A DNA stretch of 38,939 bases from positions 1 to 38,939 of the forward strand of contig CAXXHG010000026.1 in NCBI GenBank assembly GCA_963666315.2. The letters are read 5' to 3'. The notes under the pieces were generated by a model. It saw only the letters and a list, made by a program, of their open reading frames with translations, did no database searches and had not been told where the DNA came from. This DNA comes from Candidatus Binatia bacterium (GTDB lineage: Bacteria; Desulfobacterota; Binatia; Bin18). A program made the translations under genes and the position numbers. Of this stretch, positions 20,165 to 30,167 are shown in pieces (position 1 is the first letter of the stretch; every line of letters starts with the position of its first letter).

Positions 20165-21817
20165 TTGATGCAGTCTATGAATGAAAACCCCCAGGAGCGA
20201 CGGTTCGCGATTGTCTGGATCTCTTGTCTGGCTGTCATTGTGGCAGTCCGCGAATTCCTGCCGTCCCTCTTGCGCTACGATCTGCATGATGAGGACTTCG
20301 CCCACCACATTTGGTGGCTGTATCACTGGACCGATCCGCAGCTCTTTCCGGATGATCTGGCCCGTATGTTCTTTTCCCAGCCGATCCTGGCGCCCTACGG
20401 TTACCAATTCCTCTTCCGTACTCTGGTGCCTTTCATCGATCCGCAACCGCTTGCCGAGGCGCTCCCGTTTGTATTGGTTCTGGCTGCGACCGTACTCGCG
20501 TTTCAGATTGGGCAGCGTGTTGGCCGGGGACTGCTGGGCGGAGTGGTGGCCGCCGCGTTCTTCATTGTGGCTGAATTGCGCTTCCTGCACGCTGGTCTTC
20601 CCAGGTCCTTTGCCACCCCGATTCTGTTGTTCGGGATATGGGCCTTGCTCACCCAGCGGCAGATTGCACTTGGTTGTGCGCTGCTCTTGGCCGTGCTCTT
20701 CTATCCCCCAGTTGCCGCCAACCTGGGCCTGTGTGCCGCCATTGTCCTGGCGCTTCGTGTATGGAAAGAGCGCAAGCTTCCTGCTCACTGGCCCGTTCTT
20801 ATTGGACTCGGCTGCCTGGCGCTGGTGGTGCTGGGCCTGGCGTATCTTCGGCCTGTGCCGCCCGAACTCGGTCAGAAAGTCACCTTTGAGCAAGCCTATG
20901 CCATGCCGGAGTTTTGGAGCGGCGGGCGCAGTCATTTCTTCGATCATGACCCGTGGCGATTCTATTTCAGCAGGCGGGATGGTTTGGGCATCAATCCTTG
21001 GCTGGCGCTGCTTCTTACCTGCCTCCTGACCGTGGTCTGGCGGTCTTTCCCCGGTGTGATTGGAGTAGAATCTTGGGCCCTGGCCGGCACTGCGGTTGGG
21101 CTCTTTGTGAGCGCACACCTGACTCTGTTCGTTTTGCATCACCCCAATCGCTATACGCTCTACGCGCTACCGGTGTGTGGTCTGCTCGTCCTTGCCGCGC
21201 TCATCCCCGCACTCATTGCGAGGCTACGCTCGTATCCCCCAGCTGGCCGCATACTCACTTTTTTGGGGAAACAATCGAAACTCGCGATACTCGTTCCAGT
21301 CGGCTGTCTCGTTTTGGCGGCTTACGGGGCAGAAGCCACCACGAAACTCGTCTCCGTGCTCCGCCCTCCGCCCGACCAGGACCTCGAAGCCGTCTATCTT
21401 TTTCTTGAGACCCTGCCCAAAGACACACTCGTGGCGGCGCATCCATACGACGCGGACAATATTCCACTGCGATCACGGCGCAGTGTGCTGGCCTCTATGG
21501 AAACGTCGCTGCCCTTATACGTGGGGTATTATCAGACGATGGCGGAACGGATCGCAGCAGTCCTGGCGGCCTATCACGCGAGTGATTTTGCGGCAGTGGA
21601 TCTGCTGTATGATCGGTATGGTGTCGATGTCTTTGTGGTGAACCAAGGCCGCTACGTCCCTGGCGCTAGTCTGTATTACGAGCCGTTCCTCGACACTGTC
21701 CGGGAGCAGTGGAGGCGGGGGCGACGCGTGGGCTTCGCGCTGCATGATCCGCCCGCAGAGCGCATTCTCTTTCAGCACGGTGTCTTCACGATTATACGAG
21801 TGGGCCCTGTGAGGTGA
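20165..21817 (+). CDS. Polytopic membrane protein, putative GT-C-like glycosyltransferase
   Basis: About 10 hydrophobic segments, DPQLFPDD loop, soluble C-terminal domain; flanked by glycosylation genes. Confidence 0.55.
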   Translation: MMQSMNENPQERRFAIVWISCLAVIVAVREFLPSLLRYDLHDEDFAHHIWWLYHWTDPQLFPDDLARMFFSQPILAPYGYQFLFRTLVPFIDPQPLAEALPFVLVLAATVLAFQIGQRVGRGLLGGVVAAAFFIVAELRFLHAGLPRSFATPILLFGIWALLTQRQIALGCALLLAVLFYPPVAANLGLCAAIVLALRVWKERKLPAHWPVLIGLGCLALVVLGLAYLRPVPPELGQKVTFEQAYAMPEFWSGGRSHFFDHDPWRFYFSRRDGLGINPWLALLLTCLLTVVWRSFPGVIGVESWALAGTAVGLFVSAHLTLFVLHHPNRYTLYALPVCGLLVLAALIPALIARLRSYPPAGRILTFLGKQSKLAILVPVGCLVLAAYGAEATTKLVSVLRPPPDQDLEAVYLFLETLPKDTLVAAHPYDADNIPLRSRRSVLASMETSLPLYVGYYQTMAERIAAVLAAYHASDFAAVDLLYDRYGVDVFVVNQGRYVPGASLYYEPFLDTVREQWRRGRRVGFALHDPPAERILFQHGVFTIIRVGPVR

Positions 21818-21947
21818 GAGCCTACGGTCGGGTACTCCCTAGTTGTCGAGGTACGCTTGCGGTACCTGCTGGGGCTGTGTATCTCTTTGTTGCGCGCTAT
21901 AAGGCGTCCGGGAGAGGACTCTCCCGTCCCTCTCTTGGAGAAGAAGA

Positions 21948-22383
21948 ATGGTCGGCCCTGCTGGAGATTTCAATCAAATCGCTTCGCCTACTGAAGAGAC
22001 AACTCCTCCCGCGCCCACGGTGACCGTCATTGTCCCCGTTTATAATGGCGGCGAAAACTTCCAGCGCTGCCTGACCAGTCTGAAACAAGCCGTTCCACGC
22101 CCCTTAGAAATCATTGTGGTTGCGGATGGCGACACGGACGGATCGTGGCAAACAGCGGTCGAGTTCGGAGTCAAGACGCTGCGCCTGCGGTCTCGCACAG
22201 GTCCTGCCAGTGCGCGCAACGCGGGCGCCCGTGCGGCGCAGGGGGACATCCTCTTTTTTGTGGATGCCGACGTGGAGGTTCCGCGTGATATCATCGGTCA
22301 ACTAACTGCGGTGTTCCGGCGGGAACCGGACTTGGCCGCGCTCTTTGGCTCCTATGATGATGCGCCCGCTGCCCCCAATTTTT
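21948..22383 (+). pseudogene. GT2 glycosyltransferase, C-terminally truncated
   Basis: VTVIVPVYNG, EIIVVADG, GPASARNAG, FFVDAD, GSYDDAP; similarity ends abruptly after APAAPNF. Confidence 0.8.
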
Positions 22384-22614
22384 ATAGGCCATTCTCTATA
22401 CACGATGAACCTCTAGCACAATTCACGCTGGATTCGGGAGACAGGTGATCCCGCTACATAAGGTCGCGTACTACCGGATCACCGTGTTTACCCCGTTGAA
22501 ATCGACCGTCCAGACTGTATGCGGCTGAGGATGTTCAGTCAAGAATTCGGACCTAGTGCGAAACGGCCCCACATGTGCCAAGATTGTCCCTTCATTTTCA
22601 TAGGGAGGGGAATA

Positions 22615-23745
22615 ATGCACGTAGGGCACAGATTGATTGTCGCGCTTGGTATTGGCTGGGGAGTCTGCTGGACTCCGTCTTTTGCCGCAGAAGAGGTCAA
22701 AGGGTTACTCGACCGCTTAATGGCGGCTCCGACGATTGAAACCGAGGCTGGATTTCAAGCGGAGATGTTCATCCCTCCGGGTGAGTTCTACGACCCGCTC
22801 TGGCCCCATCCTCAAGGCGACGCGGTGTGGCTGAACGATGACGGTGGAGAAGAAGGCGAGAAGGGCAGCCGCATAGTTTCAATCAGTAAGGACGGACAAA
22901 TATCTGAGCTGGTCGGCCTTGGGCGTTTGCTGCCAACGACGGGATATGGCGTGGCTCCGGAGAGTTTTGGTACGACTGCCGGTTATATTTATGCCATTGC
23001 CCAAGCCAAGGTGGCTGCGCCGGGTGCGACGGCCAATCATGTTATTCAGCGGGTTGATCCTCAGACCCAGGATGTTGCTGAAATCGTATGCACGCTCGCA
23101 GAAACCGGCAAAACCAACCAAGGTGTGAGTGGCTTTGGGGTAGATGCACGTTTCGGCCCGTCAGGCAGTGCGTTTGGGGATCGATTCTTTGCGGTCACCG
23201 CCTTTAACAATTCTATCTACCAAGTCACAGCCGATGGGACATGCTCACCGTTTGTCACCTTTAACGGTACTATCACCGGAGCACCCATGGGGCTCGCGTT
23301 TTCGTCGGATGGTCATTGGATGCTGGTCACGCTCAAGAAGGGTGGCATACTCGAACCACCAACAGCGGGCAGTGGCATGATCGTTCGTATTTCGGCTGAC
23401 GGCACAGTTGATGAGCAGCCTGTTGTTGGGGGGCTCGCCCAGCCTATGGGTATTACCCTCGCCCCGGACGGTTTTGGGTCATACGGCGGACAGATATTTG
23501 TCTCGGACGTTGCGGATATCCAAGCACCTGTTCCCATGACGCAAGCGCTAGAGACAGATGGTAAGGTCTATAGGGTGACGCAGGACGGCAAGCTACACCT
23601 GGTAGCGAGTGGATTCATAAATCCGGCTGGATTGCAGGTCATTGACGGCGCGCTATGGGTAACGGATATCAACGGCGATTTCATTGCCGGCAAGCGTGAG
23701 CTGCCGGATGGGTTTATTGTGAAGCTCACTCCAAGTAGCGAATAA
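22615..23745 (+). CDS. Secreted beta-propeller-like protein
   Basis: RBS GGAGGGG, signal peptide (SFA-AE), repeated PMGLAF/PMGITL/PAGLQV blade motifs. Confidence 0.6.
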   Translation: MHVGHRLIVALGIGWGVCWTPSFAAEEVKGLLDRLMAAPTIETEAGFQAEMFIPPGEFYDPLWPHPQGDAVWLNDDGGEEGEKGSRIVSISKDGQISELVGLGRLLPTTGYGVAPESFGTTAGYIYAIAQAKVAAPGATANHVIQRVDPQTQDVAEIVCTLAETGKTNQGVSGFGVDARFGPSGSAFGDRFFAVTAFNNSIYQVTADGTCSPFVTFNGTITGAPMGLAFSSDGHWMLVTLKKGGILEPPTAGSGMIVRISADGTVDEQPVVGGLAQPMGITLAPDGFGSYGGQIFVSDVADIQAPVPMTQALETDGKVYRVTQDGKLHLVASGFINPAGLQVIDGALWVTDINGDFIAGKRELPDGFIVKLTPSSE

Positions 23746-23798
23746 GAAGAGCTCAGAGGCGTTTGCTCTTGCATGCGGCCTCCCGATTTTGAAGCGGG

Positions 23799-23820
23799 GG
23801 CGAGGGTACCTCGCCGCTAC
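23799..23820. repeat. GTAG-type REP (second copy at about 34041-34063)
   Basis: GGCGAGGGTACCTCGCCGCTAC versus GAGCGAGGGAACCTCGCCCCTAC; both lie between convergent genes. Confidence 0.55.
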
Positions 23821-23823
23821 ACA

Positions 23824-24300
23824 TTACCCACAGCAGCCCGAAGATTTTTCGGCCGTGGGATCTGTCTCCAGACAACAGGTTGCGGACTCTTGTGTGTCGG
23901 CGGAGGCTGTGGTTTGCGCTGGTATTGATGCCTGCAGCTCGTCTGCGTCTCCGTGCAACTTATAGAACTCCCACAACAGCCCCTGGGGATCTTTGGAATA
24001 GACGGTGCTCTTCTCGGCGTAACAACACGTTTCGTCACGAATCACTTGGTCGGCCAGGCCCTGGGGCTCCAAGCGTGCAATAGTGGCCTCGACCTCATCC
24101 ATTTCCATCTCAAAGCCGACGTGGTTGAGGCGCTCGGTTGCATTTGGATCCTCGAAGAGCACGAGCTTGAAAGGCGGTGAGTCTACGGCAAAGTTGGCGT
24201 AGCCGGGTTTCCTTTTGTTGACCGGTGCCCCAAGCAGTTTGGAGTAGTAATGGACGGCTTCGTCGAGATTCTGAACGTTCAGCGCGAGTTGGAATCGCAT
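23824..24300 (-). CDS. ArsI/CadI family VOC metalloenzyme
   Basis: K.KPGYANF, LNHVGF, TCCYA...DPQGLLWEFY, C-terminal CC pairs. Confidence 0.85.
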   Translation of the reverse strand: MRFQLALNVQNLDEAVHYYSKLLGAPVNKRKPGYANFAVDSPPFKLVLFEDPNATERLNHVGFEMEMDEVEATIARLEPQGLADQVIRDETCCYAEKSTVYSKDPQGLLWEFYKLHGDADELQASIPAQTTASADTQESATCCLETDPTAEKSSGCCG

Positions 24301-24328
24301 AGCTTGCTCCTTTCGTAGCGGGTTGGCA

Positions 24329-24658
24329 TCAGCAGCACGAGCCAGGCTTTTGAGCCTCTGAGTCTTCGCCGTTGACCCCTTGGCAGCAGTTTTCGGTCAA
24401 GAAACCGAGGAACGCGGTCATGGTACTGAAGTCTGCGCTGTAGATGAGGGAGCGACCCTCGCGCTGACAACACACCGTACCCGCATTCTTGAGTTCCTTG
24501 AGATGGAAAGAGAGAGTGGCAGCCGGGATGCTGAGTGCGTCCCCGATGGCGCCTGCGGCCATGCCCTCTTTCCCTGCCCGAACAAGCAGCCGAAAGACGT
24601 CGAGCCGGGTCTCTTGGGCTAGTGCGGAAAGGATGCTGATGGCGTCTATATTTTCTAT
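24329..24658 (-). CDS. arsR: ArsR family regulator (C-terminal CC type); start codon reads ATA
   Basis: ALAQETRLDVFRLLV, ATLSFHLKEL, REGRSLIYSA, LTENCCQG; expected start is ATA at 24658, with ATTTC...GAAAT inverted repeat just upstream. Confidence 0.82.
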   Translation of the reverse strand: MENIDAISILSALAQETRLDVFRLLVRAGKEGMAAGAIGDALSIPAATLSFHLKELKNAGTVCCQREGRSLIYSADFSTMTAFLGFLTENCCQGVNGEDSEAQKPGSCC

Positions 24659-24714
24659 ATTTCCAATAACATAGAAATGTAGAAGAATGTCAAGTCTTTT
24701 TTGAAAATATTTTT

Positions 24715-24746
24715 GTAGCCTGGATGAAACGGAGTGGAATCTGGGG
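24715..24746. repeat. GTAG-type REP (second copy at 32476-32507)
   Basis: GTAGCCTGGATGAAACGGAGTGGAATCTGGGG versus GTAGCCTGGATGGAACGAAGTGGAATCCGGGG. Confidence 0.7.
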
Positions 24747-24835
24747 AATGCGCTGTCGAGATCTTCTTTCCCTTTATTGATAGTCTCCAACACGCTAGAA
24801 GAAACTCTGTGACAAATATGGGAGGGGATAAAGAG

Positions 24836-25597
24836 ATGGTAGGACACGTAGACGGCAAAATCGCACTGGTAACCGGTGGAGGGTCTGGTATTGGGCGCTC
24901 GACGTCCTTGGCCTTAGCACGCGAAGGGGCGAAGGTTGTGGTTTCTGATGTGGTTGTCGAAGGTGGACAGGAGACGGTCAAGCTCATCACCGACGCGGGG
25001 GGAGAAGCCTCATTTGTTCAGACCGATGTCGCCCAAGCCGCGCAAGTGGAGGCATTAGTCAAACACGCCGTCGATACGTATGGACGACTTGACTGTGCGT
25101 TTAATAATGCTGGCATAGCTGGCGCTACAGCCAGGACCGGAGATTACACGCAGAAACACTGGGATCGGGTCATCTCTATTAACCTGACCGGCGTGTGGCT
25201 GTGCATGAAGTATGAGCTCCAGCAGATGCTGGCACAAGGCAGCGGCGCAATCGTGAATACGGCCTCGGTTGCCGGCCTAGTAGGATTTCGGAGTGGTTCT
25301 GCCTATGTTGCGGCGAAGCACGGCGTGCTCGGGCTGACAAAGACGGCGGCCTTGGAATACGCCAAATCTGGCATTCGGGTGAACGCGGTGTGTCCAGGTG
25401 TCATCCGGACTCCGATGTTCGAGCGCGGTATGAAGCTGGACCCGCGTATAGAAGACGGCATGACTGCTAAAGAGCCTATCGGTCGTCTGGGCAAACCTGA
25501 GGAGATTGCTGAAGCCGTCGTCTGGCTGTGTTCAGACGCGGCATCGTTTGTGACGGGTCATCCCATGGTTGTCGACGGCGGCTGGGTCGCCCAGTAG
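24836..25597 (+). CDS. Short-chain dehydrogenase/reductase
   Basis: [26 protein letters not shown]; RBS GGAGGG. Confidence 0.95.
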   Translation: MVGHVDGKIALVTGGGSGIGRSTSLALAREGAKVVVSDVVVEGGQETVKLITDAGGEASFVQTDVAQAAQVEALVKHAVDTYGRLDCAFNNAGIAGATARTGDYTQKHWDRVISINLTGVWLCMKYELQQMLAQGSGAIVNTASVAGLVGFRSGSAYVAAKHGVLGLTKTAALEYAKSGIRVNAVCPGVIRTPMFERGMKLDPRIEDGMTAKEPIGRLGKPEEIAEAVVWLCSDAASFVTGHPMVVDGGWVAQ

Positions 25598-25773
25598 CGG
25601 GACTCCACTACCCGCATGTGGATGCTTTGCCGCGATGTCGGTTCGTGCTCTTGTGTGTGCTCTGGGGTGGCCGCCGACCTCCCCATGAACTTGAGATCCC
25701 CAATTGTGACCTCAAGTTTCTAAACTCCTGAAAAGACAGCTGAAACATAAAATCATCTGGAAACCATTATTTC

Positions 25774-26655
25774 TTACGACGCCTTCTGGCCAAACGCACT
25801 CACGGTCTCAGAGCGTGGGTCTCTGCGGCTCCACTGCCCCGCCGTGACAGTCTGGAAGAATTCGTCCAGCAGGGCGTTGAAGCGTTCCGGTTCCTCAAGA
25901 TTTAAGAGGTGGCCGCTTTTGGGCAAGATGCTGAGACCCGAGAAGGGTATGGTCCGTTTGAGATACAGATTGACATCGAGACAGGATTCATCTTCATCTC
26001 CCACAAGGAGGAGCGTGGGCCTGGTCATGGCGCGGAGATTGTCCGTAAGCTCGTACAGCGACGGTCGTTTGGCTTGTACATGGCGCAAGGTATAAGCCGA
26101 ACCGACAGCGGAATGTTCAGAGAAATGAGCCGCGAACTGCTCCCAGACTTTAGGATTTTTGTTCTGAAGCTGCACCCGGCTGGGGCCGGTGGAAATCCCT
26201 GATACATCGACTGAGTGAGCTTGCAGCATTTTATCGGCTAGCGCGTTTGAGTCGGCCAGGAACTGCTGACGTGTGTCTGGAAATGCACCGGATCCCCCGC
26301 TGGTAAATACAAGGCTGCGTACTCGTTCGGGATGCTGCATGGCGAACATCAGGCCGGTGTACGCGCCCATACTCAGACCGACGACGAACGCCCGCTCGAT
26401 ATCGAGCGCGTCAAGCACGCCTTTGAGATCGTTGGTTGCGATCTGCTGACCGTAGAGAGTTTCGTCTTCGGGCACGTCGGAAGGCGGATATCCTCGCGCG
26501 TTAAAAGTGATGCAACGGTACCGGCTGGAGAAGTGCTCGACCTGCAGCTGCCAGCTCCGGGTATCACCGCCGAACTCATGCACGAATATAATGGGTTCTC
26601 CAGAGCCGGTGTCTTCAACATGAAGGTTGATGCCATTAATCGGTATGCGTGTCAT
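25774..26655 (-). CDS. Alpha/beta hydrolase
   Basis: HEFGG, ARGYPPS, GLSMG nucleophile elbow, D...GH catalytic residues. Confidence 0.92.
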   Translation of the reverse strand: MTRIPINGINLHVEDTGSGEPIIFVHEFGGDTRSWQLQVEHFSSRYRCITFNARGYPPSDVPEDETLYGQQIATNDLKGVLDALDIERAFVVGLSMGAYTGLMFAMQHPERVRSLVFTSGGSGAFPDTRQQFLADSNALADKMLQAHSVDVSGISTGPSRVQLQNKNPKVWEQFAAHFSEHSAVGSAYTLRHVQAKRPSLYELTDNLRAMTRPTLLLVGDEDESCLDVNLYLKRTIPFSGLSILPKSGHLLNLEEPERFNALLDEFFQTVTAGQWSRRDPRSETVSAFGQKAS

Positions 26656-26673
26656 TGAGCGTCCTTTCAAATA

Positions 26674-27744
26674 CTATTTCTCCGGCCGGCCTACCCTGGG
26701 AATGCCCGCGATCATTTCGCTCTCCAGCTCTGTGCGTACAAGCCAGGCGCCATCTGCCAATGCCTTCATTTTGCCGCGCGCAGCCGTCCGAGAGCGCGGG
26801 ATCATGCCGCAGTCTGTACACGGGTAGAGCTGGTCGGGGGCAACATGGGGGAGGGCGGCTCGAATGCGTTCCGCAACGACTGCCGGCGTCTCAACCTCTT
26901 CTGTTCCAACATCAATGACGCCAACCATGATGTCCTTCCCCTTGGCGAGTCCGAGGGCGGACGGATCAACACCTGAGGCCGCGCATTCAACCGAGATCAT
27001 ATCAATGCTGCTCGTGCGAAGCAGAGGCAGTGTCCGCTGATAATGATTCCAATCCGTATTCGTTGTCTTCCATGCTAAAACCAGGGGAATCCCATAGCCG
27101 TAGCAGATATGAACGGCTGTTTTTGCTTGCACGCCCTTGGCGGCTACCTCAAGCATATCGATGCCCCAGTCCTCCACATCATCAAGGTAAATATTAAAAC
27201 ACGGTTCATCGAACTGAATAATGTCACAGCCGTTTTCTGCCAGTTCACACGCTTCTTCGTTCAGCACTTGGGCAAGATCTGCAGCTAAGCGGCGTGTCTC
27301 GCCGTAGTGTTCGTCGGCCAGCGTATCCGCCGTCGTCATCGGACCCGGAAGTGTGACTTTGACCGGTTGCGTTGTGCGTTGCTTGAGAAAGCGTAAGGCG
27401 TCGAGGAAGATCGAGCCTGGTCGCCGGACTGGTTCTGTTACGCGTGCGACATCTACCAGCGTTTTATAACGCCCGCCACGCGTCTCTTTTTTGACCATAT
27501 TGCTAAAATCGATGCCGCTGAGTCCTTCGGTAAATCCCCAGATGTAGTGGCGGCGACGTTGTTCTCCGTCGGTCACAATATCCAGGCCGGCTTCCTGCTG
27601 ATCGGTCAGCGCCAGGCGAACGGCATCGTCTTGGCCTTCTTGTAACGCGGTGTCTTCTAGCAGCAACGAGACAGTAGAAATTTGGCGCGGGGGGGCAAGC
27701 CAGGTCGGTCTTGGCAGACTACCGGTAATCATCGTTTGTAACAT
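26674..27744 (-). CDS. Core (single-barrel) cobalamin-independent methionine synthase family protein, MesD-like
   Basis: GSLPRP, TDGEQRR, LPGPMT, QFDEP, Zn ligands HICYGY...ECA...CTDCG. Confidence 0.82.
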   Translation of the reverse strand: MLQTMITGSLPRPTWLAPPRQISTVSLLLEDTALQEGQDDAVRLALTDQQEAGLDIVTDGEQRRRHYIWGFTEGLSGIDFSNMVKKETRGGRYKTLVDVARVTEPVRRPGSIFLDALRFLKQRTTQPVKVTLPGPMTTADTLADEHYGETRRLAADLAQVLNEEACELAENGCDIIQFDEPCFNIYLDDVEDWGIDMLEVAAKGVQAKTAVHICYGYGIPLVLAWKTTNTDWNHYQRTLPLLRTSSIDMISVECAASGVDPSALGLAKGKDIMVGVIDVGTEEVETPAVVAERIRAALPHVAPDQLYPCTDCGMIPRSRTAARGKMKALADGAWLVRTELESEMIAGIPRVGRPEK

Positions 27745-27759
27745 GCTGCTTCTCCTCTT

Positions 27760-28242
27760 TTATCTCTGCTCAAGCGCCTCAATACTTTTGTTCATAAGGC
27801 GTACCATTTCTCGGATTTCTCCCTTGGGCATTCGGTCCAATAGTCTTTGGGCAAACGTCCGGCCCGCCGCGTCCATCGTGAGCAGGAACTTCTTTCCTTT
27901 GGTGGTAAGGGTGACGCGCTTCTCGCGGCCCGAATCCGGATCTTCGCCAATGCGGACGAACTGCAACGGAGAGCGCGCGAGCGCGCCGAGGGCACGCGTG
28001 ATCGTCGAACTACTCGTTTCAAACCAGTCTGCGAGTAAGTGTTCAATATCTTTGCGACGCATGCTTCGTGCTGCTCCGCCCTCGGTCTGCATAAGCCATA
28101 AGATGGCCACCTGTTTGCGGGAGAGTAGGCCACAGCGGAGGGTCTCTTCAAATGCGACACCGATCCGGTAGTGAACGGGCAAGAAGAGATTCGTCAAGGC
28201 GGTAGCGAGATCTTCCTGAACGGGTTTTCCTTTCTTTGCCAT
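27760..28242 (-). CDS. MarR-like winged-helix regulator
   Basis: STITRAL...EDPDSGREKRVTLTTKG; RBS GAGGGAGG. Confidence 0.75.
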   Translation of the reverse strand: MAKKGKPVQEDLATALTNLFLPVHYRIGVAFEETLRCGLLSRKQVAILWLMQTEGGAARSMRRKDIEHLLADWFETSSSTITRALGALARSPLQFVRIGEDPDSGREKRVTLTTKGKKFLLTMDAAGRTFAQRLLDRMPKGEIREMVRLMNKSIEALEQR

Positions 28243-28468
28243 GCAGCAAAGCCTCCCTCTTCCATACGATGCGTGCATACTGTGCCTCTGTCAGGTACAC
28301 CGAATTCTGCCGGGAAGAAATGGGGTTGTGTGACAATGCGACGGTTAAAAGATTTTTCTCACAAAGCTTGCACGACGCAAGCTTCCGTGTAATAGATTCT
28401 AGAAGCAACAGGTTTTCCAAGGACTCACGCACCAAAATCCATACTTTAACTTTATAAGGAGGGAGGCT

Positions 28469-28594
28469 ATGCCAGCGTTCGATACCATCATTACGGGCGG
28501 CATGATTGTCGACGGTACGCGGGTGCCTCGCTACAAGGCGGATATCGGGATCAAGAACGGCAAGATTCAATCTTTTGGAGGGAGAGCATTATGA
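28469..28594 (+). pseudogene. N-terminal remnant of an amidohydrolase
   Basis: Strong RBS AGGAGGGAGG, then MPAFDTIITGGMIVDGTRVPRYKADIGIKNGKI, ending after 41 codons. Confidence 0.8.
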
Positions 28595-28914
28595 CGACAC
28601 GCGAGATGGTCTATGCGGTTCTTATTGGCCTAGGAGTGATCATCCCCATGTATTTTAACCTCCAGTATATGGGCGCAGGCGGTAATTTACTCGTCGATTT
28701 CTTCACTGTCCCGATGGAAAGCGCGGTGACGGCGTCGTTGCTGCTTGACTTATTGATCGCGTTTGCAGCCTTCAATGTATTGCTGTTTGCAGAAGGTCGC
28801 ACACTCGGCGCACGCAACTTTTGGATCTGTGTGGCGGTCTCGTGGCTGGTAGCATTTGCGGCGGGACTGCCGCTGTTCCTCCTCCTCCGTGAGCGCCAGC
28901 AGCGCCTTGGATGA
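28591..28914 (+). CDS. DUF2834-like small membrane protein
   Basis: Three hydrophobic helices, DL...GLPLFLLLRER motif. Confidence 0.65.
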   Translation: MTTREMVYAVLIGLGVIIPMYFNLQYMGAGGNLLVDFFTVPMESAVTASLLLDLLIAFAAFNVLLFAEGRTLGARNFWICVAVSWLVAFAAGLPLFLLLRERQQRLG

Positions 28915-28944
28915 GAGTGAGAATACGTAAGGAGAGATTTTTGC

Positions 28945-30123
28945 ATGGACTTCAACCCTCTCGCCCCAGAAGTGATTGCCAATCCGTATCCGTATTATGC
29001 TGAGCTGAGAGACAAAGCACCAGTTATCTGGCTTGAATCTTTTCAGTGCTGGGCGCTGAGCCGCTATGCGGATGTGGACTTTGCCTTGCGCAATCCACAT
29101 CTCTTCTCATCTTCCGTATTTACCACAGAGGCTTTGGGTGATCTCAATCCCGTTCCAGAAGTGCCGTGGATTCTTGACATGAATCCCCCCGATCATACTC
29201 GGTTACGGAAGTTGGCCAATAAAGGCTTTACGCCGCGTCTCATCCGGGCACTTGAGCCGCGCGTGCAGGCGATTACCCAGGAGCTGCTGGAAGCTCTGCG
29301 CGGACCGCCGGAGGGCGACTTAGTCTCGACATTTTCCGGACCGCTGCCTACCATTGTGATTGCGGAGATGCTCGGCGTCGAGCCCGAACGGCGCGATGAT
29401 TTTAAGCGTTGGTCAGATGATGTGGTTAGCGCTACCAGTCGTCCGACTGACGAGGCCGATCGGGCTCGGATTCGAAAGAGCCAAGTTGAGTTGCGTGCCT
29501 ACTTTGAGCGGATGATCGAACGCCGACGGACGGACCCTGGAGACGACGTGATTACCGCTCTTGTGCAAGCAGAAGAAGAGCGCGATATGCTCTCTTCAGC
29601 TGAGATCCTCGCCTTGGCCGTCTTGCTACTGTTAGCCGGGAACGAGACTACGACGAACTTGATTGGCAACGCGGTCCTTAGCCTGCTCGACCATCCAGAT
29701 GAATTGGCAAAAGTCCGCGCTGATCGTGCCCTCGTGCCTGCACTCGTGGAAGAAGTTTTTCGCTATGAATCTCCTGTCCAGGTGGTTTTTCGCCGGGCCG
29801 CGCAGGACGTGGAGTTGGAAGGCGGGAAGATCCCAGCAGGACAGACCGTTTTCTTGCTACTGGGTTCCGCCAACCGTGATGAGCGGAAATTCTCTGAACC
29901 GAATCGCTTTGATGTAGAACGCAATCCTCAGGATCATGTCGGGTTTGGTTATGGTATCCACTATTGCTTAGGCGCCCCGCTCGCTCGTCTGGAAGGTCGG
30001 AAGGCATTAGAGGCGCTCTTGTTTGACTGTCCCCCATTCACCTGTGCGACCGAACAGATCGCTCAGGTAGCGTCGCTCATTGTCCGAGGCCCGCAGACCC
30101 TGCCCGTTCAATTTGCAGTATGA
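28945..30123 (+). CDS. Cytochrome P450
   Basis: PPDHTRLR, AGNETT, EEVFRY, FGYGIHYCLG heme motif. Confidence 0.97.
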   Translation: MDFNPLAPEVIANPYPYYAELRDKAPVIWLESFQCWALSRYADVDFALRNPHLFSSSVFTTEALGDLNPVPEVPWILDMNPPDHTRLRKLANKGFTPRLIRALEPRVQAITQELLEALRGPPEGDLVSTFSGPLPTIVIAEMLGVEPERRDDFKRWSDDVVSATSRPTDEADRARIRKSQVELRAYFERMIERRRTDPGDDVITALVQAEEERDMLSSAEILALAVLLLLAGNETTTNLIGNAVLSLLDHPDELAKVRADRALVPALVEEVFRYESPVQVVFRRAAQDVELEGGKIPAGQTVFLLLGSANRDERKFSEPNRFDVERNPQDHVGFGYGIHYCLGAPLARLEGRKALEALLFDCPPFTCATEQIAQVASLIVRGPQTLPVQFAV

Positions 30124-30167
30124 GAATCGTGGGAACTATAAAGACATAGGCAGAGAAGCCCGTCTGA

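Noticed and set aside
20135-21142. 335-aa minus-strand ORF and 282-aa alternate-frame ORF
   Set aside because: They fully overlap the membrane protein gene and have no recognisable motifs; typical GC-rich shadow ORFs.
24659-24847. Long N-terminal extensions of arsR and the SDR in the ORF track
   Set aside because: They translate promoter and REP sequence; family similarity starts at 24658 and 24836.
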